This document shows, piece after piece, positions 37,630 to 48,300 of a stretch of DNA of 64,000 nucleotides. Both the position numbers and the translations under genes were made by a program. This DNA is from a virus. A model generated the notes under the pieces. The model made no database searches and was not told the origin of the DNA. It saw only the letters and a list, made by a program, of their open reading frames with translations. The stretch spans positions 6,946 to 70,945 of the IMG/VR virus record IMGVR_UViG_3300027759_000077, one strand, 5' to 3'. Each line of letters opens with the position of its first letter. Within the stretch, counting starts at the first letter, position 1.

Positions 37630-37866
37630 TTACCAGTTACCGCCGTCAATCGTTTCGGTGTTTACATTAGTCCACGTTGAACCGTTGAATTTCAAAAACT
37701 GATTGCTGGCTGGGCCGGTGATAGTTACATCGTTCATAAGAGAAAGAGAGGTAGCAGCGGAAGCTCCGGGAGGGCCTTGGGTTCCGGTTTGGGATACGGT
37801 TAATTGGGTGGTTTGCGGGTTGACGGTTACTAGTATCGTTTGCGGGGTGATGGTAATGTCTGGCAT
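37630..37866 (-). CDS. Small fibre-associated protein
   Basis: GTQGPPG; LMNDVTITGPASNQFLKFNGSTWTN; IDGGNW end. Confidence 0.65.
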   Translation of the reverse strand: MPDITITPQTILVTVNPQTTQLTVSQTGTQGPPGASAATSLSLMNDVTITGPASNQFLKFNGSTWTNVNTETIDGGNW

Positions 37867-38213
37867 TAGCGGGTTACCTCCGGTGAGACAATGGCTTCTC
37901 CTTGCAACGCTCGAAAAACAAACCCTGTTGGGCTTACAAGTTCTAGGTCATAAACGTAGCTTTTGGCAATAAGAGTTGCAGTAGTTATTGCGGACAGTAA
38001 AAGCATCACTACCCCACTAAGCGGGGTTATGACTATTCTGCTGTTTTCAGTGGTCAGTTCTAAGATAACTTCGGGTGCGGTGTAGGAAGCTCGTAGCTGC
38101 ATACGAGCAGTGTACCCCGTAAGGTTAAGAGGGGTTCCGTCTGCGTTTTTAAGGGCAATCTCTAAGGATAGATTAGCACCTTGGTCGATGTTAAGTTCGT
38201 ATATTTCAACCAT
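37866..38213 (-). CDS. Baseplate/fibre attachment (BppU-like) protein
   Basis: Likely start MVEIYELNIDQGA; PLNLTGYTARMQLR; YVYDLEL; VSPEVTR. Confidence 0.7.
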   Translation of the reverse strand: MVEIYELNIDQGANLSLEIALKNADGTPLNLTGYTARMQLRASYTAPEVILELTTENSRIVITPLSGVVMLLLSAITTATLIAKSYVYDLELVSPTGFVFRALQGEAIVSPEVTR

Positions 38214-38282
38214 ATTTGCCCTTTCAATATAGTGATTGTATATTACACTAACTGACAAAATTTAGAAATGTATAATTTCAAA

Positions 38283-39350
38283 TTAACCTTTATTAACTTC
38301 TTCATAATCCGTAAACAAGTCCTTAAAATCCTTGTATTCGTAAACTGTTTTCCCAGTTGGAGTTCCATCATGGGTTATAAGCTTATAAGACTGTTTGCCT
38401 TGTAAAAGGGAATTTACGCTCTGGGCTCCCACATCTGTGGTTGTATCAACAGGGAAGAATTGGAGGAAATGATTATGCCCACGGGCATCTTTTCCCTCTA
38501 TTGCAGCTTGAGGATCGGGATCTAAAAACTTCATTTTAAAAGTGATGTCATATAACCGTTGTTCTTCTAACCATTTAAACGGCTTTAACTCTACATTGGT
38601 TAATAGCAATTGACCTTTAAATGCGTTCATTTCTGGCCAATCGTATTTGTTAACACACCCAATATGCGTTTTAATAGCTTTAGGGATACTAGGAACTCTG
38701 TGGTGGATTAGAATTATTTCTGAAGCGGCTAATATTTTACCGTTAGATCCTGTTACCCGAACACCAGCGGGTTGCGGGGGATTTACAGAATAGTCGTACT
38801 TTACTGTTTTGTCGTCTGCGTTCATCTCAACCCATTTGAACGCACCAAAAGGCAGGGTTAAAAATTCAGCGGAAGGTTGTCGGAAAGTGGTAACGTATCT
38901 CTTTAAAGAGTATTCTGTCGAAACCTCCGAATCACCCTTTACAAAGTACGTAACAGATTCATAACCAATCGTTATTCGAGCTACATCATAAAATGCAACG
39001 TCAAGCAGAGATCCCGAACCTCCCGATGCCCAACTTTTTTGCTGTCCTAAACACTCAATACCTTCCAAAGCATTTGCAACCATAAATGTTTTAGCAAGAC
39101 CACTCATACCTAATGCCGTACCATCAAACCAAACATAATATTGGTCGGGTAAACTCCGCAAAATGGTTTTATTATCATTAGATAATTTAGCAGACCCAAG
39201 CATAAGTTTAATAAAAGCCCAACGCAAGGTGTAAGGAACATCAAAAATTCGAGACGCTTTAAACGTATCTCCAGCGTAGCTCTCTTTAGGAGAACCAGGT
39301 CTTTCGTAATACGTAATTTTTGGACCACCTTTAATCTGTACTTCTGGCAT
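38283..39350 (-). CDS. Putative distal tail/hub protein
   Basis: Immediately downstream of the tape measure gene; beta-rich. Confidence 0.5.
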   Translation of the reverse strand: MPEVQIKGGPKITYYERPGSPKESYAGDTFKASRIFDVPYTLRWAFIKLMLGSAKLSNDNKTILRSLPDQYYVWFDGTALGMSGLAKTFMVANALEGIECLGQQKSWASGGSGSLLDVAFYDVARITIGYESVTYFVKGDSEVSTEYSLKRYVTTFRQPSAEFLTLPFGAFKWVEMNADDKTVKYDYSVNPPQPAGVRVTGSNGKILAASEIILIHHRVPSIPKAIKTHIGCVNKYDWPEMNAFKGQLLLTNVELKPFKWLEEQRLYDITFKMKFLDPDPQAAIEGKDARGHNHFLQFFPVDTTTDVGAQSVNSLLQGKQSYKLITHDGTPTGKTVYEYKDFKDLFTDYEEVNKG

Positions 39351-39361
39351 TAAAATCTCCT

Positions 39362-42300
39362 TTATGCGCCTACACCTTCGGGTTTCTTTTCAGCAATAAC
39401 TTTGTTAGTACCATTAAGTTTTTGTAGTTCTATTAACATTCTTGCAAGACTTTGTTCCTGTATCTTTTTGAGTTCTACAGTCATAGGGTCATCGCCTAAC
39501 GCTGACACTTGAATTTTCTTGTATGCTTCTTCCACGGACGAAAACGAGGATTGGGATTTCATAGATCCCATCGAAGCCGCTACACCTTGTTTAGCCGATG
39601 CTATGTCATCTGCCTTTTTCTTTTTTGCAGCTTCCGCTTCTTCTTCGGGAGTCTTTTTCTTTTGTCCGGGAAGTTCAAATTTCGGTAATTTGAAATCAAA
39701 CTTAGGAAGCTTGAGGTCTTTAAAATCTGGCATGGGTGGAAGTTTAAATCCAAGACCGGTATCTATACCCTTGGGGTTATCCCGAGCAGAAGCTTGTTCC
39801 GCAGTAACTCCGTTGTCTCGATCTGTAACAGCTTGATTTCTAACCTTGGCTTGATTAGGATCTTGTTCAACAAGGAGTTGGTTTTCTAAAGCGTTTAACT
39901 TTCTGCCTTCTTCTTGAACCGTTCCTTCTCTCATAGACTTAGCGGCTTTTTTATCCATCTTCACGCCGTTTTTACCATACTCTAAATCGTTAGCGTCATT
40001 TTTAGATTTTAAAGCTACTTTACGTTGTTTCGCAGCTTCCGTTTCTAAAGCGTTAACCCTACCTTCTTTAGTTTTACCGCCTGTATCTGCAATGCCTTCG
40101 GCATACTTTTTCTCAGTACTTGTTTCACGTGAATTTTTATCGCCTTGGCTTTTAGCTTCGGCAGCTTTTATTGCAGCCTTTTCCCATAATCCTATAGCAA
40201 CAATACCAGCACCTAAGGCTAACGCAAACGCTGCAAGCATAGGATTAGCTGCAATAACAGCAATAGCGGCCTTTGCCATATTCGCAACATAGGTCCATGT
40301 CGATGCAACAGCAGCAGCAAAGGAGGTAACTAACCCTGCACACCATGTATAAAGCAATGTAAACAATCCACTTAACGAGCCTACGGTTGTAAAGAACCCT
40401 GCAACCGCCCCAAAGAGAGCTACAACAGAACCCACTAAACCCGAGAAAAATCCAATAACTGCCATAACCGTTCCACCAAACATAGCCCATATTCCGATGG
40501 CAGCACCAATAACTCCAACAAGACCAAATAAAACTTGTCCTAACATATTAAAAAATGGAGCTAATGGTGAGAAAAGACCGAGAATATAACCACCAATCGA
40601 AGCACCAATGCCTACAAAAAACCCGACGAAAGACGTAACAGCACCTAGCAAAGTTCCAACGACAGAAACAATAATTCCAACTCCCGTAGCTAAAGCAGAA
40701 ACTACAAAAGAAACACCACTCACTAACATGTTTAAAGCGGGTCCTAATAATCCAGCCTTATCTAAGATGGCTACAACTAAAACTCCAAACGCTACCAGTG
40801 GCATTGAAAGTAAAGAGAAGCCCGCTGCTAATCCTGTGATAATTGGAATTACAATTCCAAGGACTGGGGCAAACATGGTAAGGCCAGCAACAAAAAGTCC
40901 AACCCCTACTAAAAATTCAAGAGTCCCTTGATCAATGCTGTCAATAAATTTGGTAACTCCTGTTACTAAACCACCCATAACTCCTGTGCCGTTCTGAATG
41001 TCTTTTGCCCAACCTTGAATAATAGAAGAAGCTCTTAAGAACACGGGTATTAAACCAATGCCAATGCTTCCGGTTAATAAAGCGATAGAGCCTTGTAGGG
41101 TTGAAAACGTATCGGGACTAGCACCTTTAACAAAATTGCCAAGGGAATACATGGCTCCTTGAACGGCTTTACCCAAAGCCATGAAGGATCCACCAATAAC
41201 TCCAACCCTAGAATTTGCAATAAAATCTTTAACCCATGCTCCGAGGGGAGCTAAAGGATCCCCAGAAGAACTACCCATTGAGGTAGGTCTAGTTGCTGGA
41301 GGAGGAGTACCACCCCCAGAACCACCTTTGGAAGAACCGCCTTTAGACGAACCGCTTGAGCCACCTTTGGAAGAGCCACCTTTACTACCACCAGCGGTTG
41401 TGCCACTTGCAGCGTAAACAGGAGGTTTTTTAATCTTGCCGTCATTGATGTTATCTAAAAGGTCTTTGTTCTTTTCAGACTCAGAACGTTTAATAACACG
41501 TTCGCCCTTTTCTAACATGTAAGGTTGACCCTCAGGGGTCATTGCAGGGACAGTATCAGAACCCCTAGGTTTGAAAATCAAGTCGCTTAAGGATTTACTA
41601 TTGTCTTTTTTATTGCTTACATCGCCACCAAGAGCACGGTAACTGTTTTCAAATGTATCATCTGTATTCCAATTATTCTTAACCATCTCTTTGTTTGGTT
41701 TAGGCTTCCATTTTTTCTTAGGCTTAGCTTCACCAAAAATGTTATCGAATATATTGCCAAAGAACCCCTTCTTTTCAATATCGCCGCCACCAGAACGATA
41801 TTTGTTTTCAAAGTTGGTGTCTGTGTCCCAATTGTTTTTGGTCGGATGGTAATTAGTAGGGGGCTTCCATTTCTTTTTTGGTTTTGCCTTCCCGAAAATG
41901 CTGTTAAAGATGCCACCAAAAATACTGGGCTTTTCAACGGAAGTTCCGTCTGAAGCGTACCCAATAGTACCGCCCATGCTCTTATAAATATCAAGACTAT
42001 CTTTTGGTTTATCGAGGTCTTTGTCTAATTCTAAAGGTGGCGACGATGCAAGATCATAATTATCATCTAAAACATCATATTGTTTAGAAAGCCTTTCTCT
42101 GATTTCATCTTTTCTGTCTTCCGCATCTTCTCCCTCAAGTCCATCCCTTATTCTTTCTCCTAGTAATTGGTTAATCAATTTATTTCTTAGCCATTCTTTC
42201 GTTCTATCACCAGTACTTAAACCTGACGACAACCCTGCCCTTTCCTCCTCCTCTTCTTTTTCCTTAGCTATATCTTCCCAAAACTTTTTTTGATTTGGTG

Positions 42301-45300
42301 TATAATTGGCTTCTACTTCTTTCTGCGCAGCAGCTTCATCTTCCACTCTTTTGTCATCTTTATTTACATCGTAGTCGTCAAAATCTAACTCAAAAGGGTT
42401 TTCTTCAAAATCATTTGTATTTAGATCCCACTCCGAACCCATCTCTAAACCTTCTTGCGGACCCTGGTCATTTTCGTCTTCTAACGCTTCCGAAAAATCG
42501 GGGTCTGATAATTCGGGAGTTGCAATTTCTTCTGGTGCATTTACAACAGGAGGTTTAGAAACCGAAGTGGAACTCGGCTTAGACGTAGTGGGAGTTGCTG
42601 AAGATGTAGAAAAAACGGGCGAGTCAAGATCAGAAGAATCATCTGCATTTATAGTTTCGTAATTGTCACTGTCAAGTTCATAATCGTCATTAGCTATATT
42701 TTCTGCTGCAACTTCTTCTGGCTCTTCAATAGCATTTTGCTCAATGTACTCATCGGGTATTTCCTCAGCATCATCACCGATTTTTGTGGGATTTTTAGTT
42801 GGGGCACTTCCCCCTGCAAGTTCTGCTTCTACTTCCTCTAACTTAATAGCATGGTTTTCATCGTCCCACGCTTGACTTCTATTGACTTGAGCTTGTGCCT
42901 CATCGGCAGCATAATCAAAAGCCTCATCGTCACCTAAAATACCACTACCTTTAACACTCGAATCGTGTCCATAGCGAGGGGTTGGTTTTGATCCTCCTTT
43001 TGGAGCAGGGTTTGCAGTCGGACTTGCCGGTGCTCCTGTCGATGCGGGATTAACCGGTGCTGGCTTTTTCTTTGGCGGGGGAGTAGAACCTTTGTTTGGT
43101 ACTCCTCTTTGTGGAACGGGTGTTTCTTCTTCGTCATCATCGCTGTCTACAGCAACTGCAAATTTTTCTAATGCTTTAGCTGTAGCAACTAAAGCATCTC
43201 GTAAAAGCTGAGCTTTGATTTCTAGGTCTTGTAATTCTTTATTCCACAACTCTAGTTCTTCGGGGTCTAAAGAATCACCAAAGATACCTATGTGATTTGT
43301 AATCGAATCAATGGCAGTATTAACAGAATCATCAGCTTTGGTTAATGCTTTTCCAAAAAGGATAAGATCCTCTTCATCTTTTACATTAACATTTTTTGAA
43401 AACCCTTCTGCGTCTTTAGCATCGTCATGGGCTTTTTCAACCTTCTTGGTTGTTACACCCTCAACATGTTTTTGGAAAAAGCCTTTTTCATCACCAGGTT
43501 CTTTAGCGTCTTCTTGAACAGGTTCTTTATAGGCTTGACCCGAAAGACGATTCCATGTTTCGGCAATCGCTTCGCCAAGAGTAAGGGGGATTTGCTCTTT
43601 AAACTTATCTGTTGCAGGGGCTGTAGGATTCTTAATCTCAAACTTGTCTTTATCTTCGGCACTAGCTTCTTTAGTTTTAGCAGCGTCTTTAGTAGTAGCA
43701 TCTTTAGTTACTTCTGGTTCTTTATCAGCGTCTGCTTTTGTAGCACTGGCACTAGCAGCAGCGGCGGCAGAAGCGGCTTTAGCTGCTCTACGAGTTTCAT
43801 TTAACTGAGCTATTATAAGATTCCCATTAGCACGGGCAAGCTTTAAGAACAAAGGGTTAGCCGTTGCTTTTCCATTTTTTAATATTTCACTTGCGTATTT
43901 TTTAATCCCATCAAGCAATGCAACCAACTCGTCATCTGTAGAAGATTCCAATAGCTTTGAATCTATTCTTTTCGTTGCAAAATCGGGTTCTGCTGTATTT
44001 ACCGGTGCGGTTACGGGAGTTGACCCCGCTGTGACTATTGGAGGTGTTCCTACTACGGGTTCCGTCGTAGCTCCCGCTGTTGGAACAGGTCCCGCTGTAG
44101 ACCCTGCTGCTGCTGGATTAACGGGCGATGACCCTGCTGTAGAAGCGGGGGTAGCTGGGGTAACGGGCTTACCAGTAGATGCTTCTATTGCAGCACTACA
44201 GCGTGGGCATTTTACCTTTTTCCCTGCTGCCGAAATAGGTAGTTTGTACGTCGCTCCACAAGCTCCACACGTAACCGAAATAGCTTGTGGGGAAGAACCG
44301 CTTCCTGTGCCAGACGCTGCGGGTGCTTCGGGTGGAACTATCGATGATGTGGAAGTTGGAAAACTAAAAGCTAAAGGAGAAACTGGTTTTGGCCCAGATG
44401 CAGCCGCTGGCTTAGCTGCGGGTGTTGTAGCTGCGGGTTTCTTTTTTGGTTTCGGTGTAGCTGTAGGGTTTACTACGGGGGTATTAATACTGTTGAGTGT
44501 TTTTTCTTTTCTTTGTATCAAACTGTTTAAATAAGTACTAGCCGTTTTAATACCAGGGCTAGTGTCACTACCGTCAATATTGGCTTGTAATTCTTTTTCT
44601 AAACCTAGCTTGCTAGTAGCCTCTTTGATCATGTCGTCTAAGGTAGTAAGAATCAACCCAGACACTTGTGTCGTGTCTTCTTTATTTCCGACCTTAATTT
44701 TTTTAATACTTAATAATTCATTAAAATCTTTTCTTAACCGGTTAAGTTTTTTATTCGCAAGCTCAATTTTTTCTTTTATCTTGTCTTGTTTTTTCGTACC
44801 ACCTACATCGTAGAATCCCGCTAATGCTGCTCCACTCGCACTAAGCGCAAAAATAGAAGCTATTAATTTGGCAAGAAACGGTATGGAAGAATTACCGCCT
44901 TCAGTAGGACCAGCCGAAGGTGGAACTACAGGAGGCACGGCTGATGGTGCTACTACAGGTATATCTGGAACTACTGGTGGTACTATTGGAACTACGGGTG
45001 GAACTACAGGAACTATGGGCGGTACTTCAGCGGGTATTTCCGGTGGAACTATTGGGACAACAGGCGGGACTATTTGAATTGGGGGAGGGACTACTTCAGG
45101 GGTCGGGACTATACCGTTAGCTGCATTAAATTGTTCAATATGATGTTGACGAAACTCTGGGCTTAACCGGGGGCTTCTCCAAGTTTCGGGGGCTATTGGC
45201 TCTGCGCCCTTTTGACCGTGTAGTCCTTTTTTATCTTTTGCTGCTTGATTTCTAGCAGCGGCAAAGGCAGCTTCATCTTGAGGCTCTACCATGTACGGCA

Positions 45301-48300
45301 TGCCGTGACCTTCAGCAACCATCTGCTGACTTATCGACTGACCCGAATCAGCGTCAATTAAATCGCCAACTCTACGATTATGGGAAACCCCTTTAAGCTT
45401 TAACTTTAATTTTTTGTTGGTAAGTAATTTAGCAAGCGCCGCTTTTGCTGCTTTAGCTCCGGGCTGTTCTTGCCACTTGTCGCCCTTAGACTCAGGGGCA
45501 TCGTAGCCGTACATACGAAGACTAAGTTGTTGGGTAGAACCGTCGGCAAATTTAATCGTTAACTTTACGGTATCGCCGTCAGTAACACTGTCGACAAGGG
45601 CAAAAGGTAAGTCGGCAAGAGCTACGTTTTTATTTACATTTGGCGGGGGTGTAGTTGGGGTGTTACCAAAAACAACAGAACCAGATTGGTTTGCAGCCGC
45701 TCCACCACCCAAACCTCCTGCGGGAGCCTGTGTATCTGTCAGGGGCATTGAAGGTGCATTGAAGGCTGCAAGGGCGGCTGCTTGTTGCTGCTGGTTTCTT
45801 ACTGCTTGGATTTGTGCAGAATGTTTTGCAGCCGCTGCTTTCTTGGCTGCTTCGACTTGAGCGGGAGTTGAAATAGGCTTTGATTGTGGTTCTACTCTCG
45901 GAGGTAATCCAGCGACTTCTCTCTCTTCTTCCTGTTTCTCTATTACATCTCTAACACGGTCTTTTTCTACTTGAGCTTCTACCCTTGAGTCTTGAATGTG
46001 ACTCTCAAGAGGTTTACTTTCAGCACCCCCAGCCATGCCTACCATTAAACTGCCTAACACGGCAGCAGAAATGACGGGGACTTTGAGGCTTTTAAATGCT
46101 CTGGTTATAAAAGCTTGAAGAGGCTTGGTAACATTAATAGTGGATAAAGCAAATTGAACGTTTTTATCTTTAGGGGCTTTAGCTTTAATAAGGTCCGGTA
46201 TATTGGCTCCGGAAAACATCTTAATGACTGCCGCCATAATCAATTCTTGCGGGTCGGATAAATAACCCTTTTTAACTTTTTTACCATTAGAATCTGTAGT
46301 CGTATCCGAAAACGCATTATCATCAACGCCTTCACCAGACGTAACAATTGCTTGTAATAGTTCTTTTTGACCGCCTTCAAGACTCACAGGAGAGCCTGTT
46401 TTATTCAGTAGTCCGTGAAGTACTTCCTCTAACAGGGAAGCTCGGACTTGTGCTAGTTGTGCTTCATTGCCTTTTTCAAAAGCACTAGGAGGAACGGCAA
46501 GCTCTAAACCCTGCGAAAATTGATCGCTACCTTTTTCTTTTATACGGTGGACTGCACCCGAATAAGAAGCACCTTTATTTTTTCCTGTCCCCTCTATTGA
46601 CTCACCAGCATGAATAGAAATAACTTTAAAAAGTTTTGGAATACTAATTCCTAATTGTTTTCCTAAGCTATCAATTAAACTTGAAACATTGTCTTCAAAA
46701 TTCTCCTCCTGCCCCTCTTCAATAGCATCTTTATTACGTGCCTCTATACTGTTTGGATAATAATCTTTTACATCTTCGGGTTTAAATTTAGCAAACGATC
46801 CAACTAAAGGAGCTAAAATACTTTCTAACACACTCATAGCAGAAACAAAAATATCATCTCCCGAAACACGTTCTTTAAAGTTTTGTGTTGATTGCGATTT
46901 AATACCACCAATATTTTCCCTAATACCCTTCATAAACTCAGCAAGAGCACCAACATTAGAATCTATTTTTGCATTGTCTTCCGCTTTAGTTTTAGGCCCT
47001 CTAGTATCTAATGACTCGGGAAGAGCTTGCATCTGTTCTAAAATTTTAAGAAAGACCAGCCCTTCTGCTGCTACGTCACCGCTAGCATCATGAGCTACGG
47101 ACTCAACACCAAAATGTTCTGCAAGAACCTCAATAGTAAAGTCGGTCTTGCCTTCATAGTCGTTTCGTTTATCTTTCGCCGCATTAGCTCTAGCAACATT
47201 GGCATCTTCTGGAAACTCAGCATCATCCAATCGTTTTGCGTGAACTTCGTTTAAAGCGTCTTGTATTTCGCTGTGAGGGTCTTTTCCCAGAAGGACATTA
47301 GCTTTCTTTTGAAAAGTAATTAACTGTTTTAATAAAGAAGCTAAATCTACTGTTTTAGTAACACTAGAATCATTTCGTTCTTGTTCGGTACTAGGAAGTA
47401 TTCTCTTAAGCTGATTTTTTAAAGGATCAGTTTCATCTTCATGGCCTGCATTTTTACCCAGTTTTTGATCAAATGAGCTTTTAGCCACCCCAACCATTCC
47501 ACCCTCTTTACCTTCAAATTCATCAAGAAAACTACTTAAGATAGTAGCAGCTTCATCTTTACTAACCTTAGGGGCAGCGTTATACGCATTACGAAGATTA
47601 TCAAACTTATCATTTTCGGCAAGAGAGTGAGTATCTGGCTTATCCACAAAAATATTTAGACTTTTAACAACGTTACCCGTAGCTTTATCAATGACACTAG
47701 CTGCAACTTGTATGATTTCAGCGGATCTAAAATACTCATCTGTGCCCACCTTAGTACCACTTTTAGATGCAGTTTCGGTATCAACCACTATGATATATTT
47801 CTCAGAAATATCAGATTGTTTGACAGCCTCAGTAAATTCTTGCTTATCTTTCTTTGATCCCTTTTTTTTCTTACCTACCTTATTATCTTCTGGGGCTAAA
47901 GGATTTTTGGGGTCAGGATTGATAATGGCATCTACGTCTTTTTTACCGGATTTTCTTTTAGACTTTATTGAAGACCAAAGCCCATCCATTCGTTCTTCAC
48001 CCAGCATCGTAACGGAATATTTCTTGTCATAAAAAGTTTGTAAGTCTTCAATAAACTTTACGTAATAAGATTTTTCTTCTTCAATTCGATCTTTATCATC
48101 AGACTTTTTATAATTAGGATCCGCATCTTTAATTTTGTTTTCTTCTTTGGTTTTCTTTTTTTGCTCGATACGCTCCAGTTGCTCAGGGGTCTTAGCTTTG
48201 TTTCTAATACTTTCCATTGCAGTTAAGTGTGCGGATAAAACAGATTCTTTTAAACCTAAGTAAGACATGTACTCTTGTAAAGGCTGCGAGTAAGAAGCAG

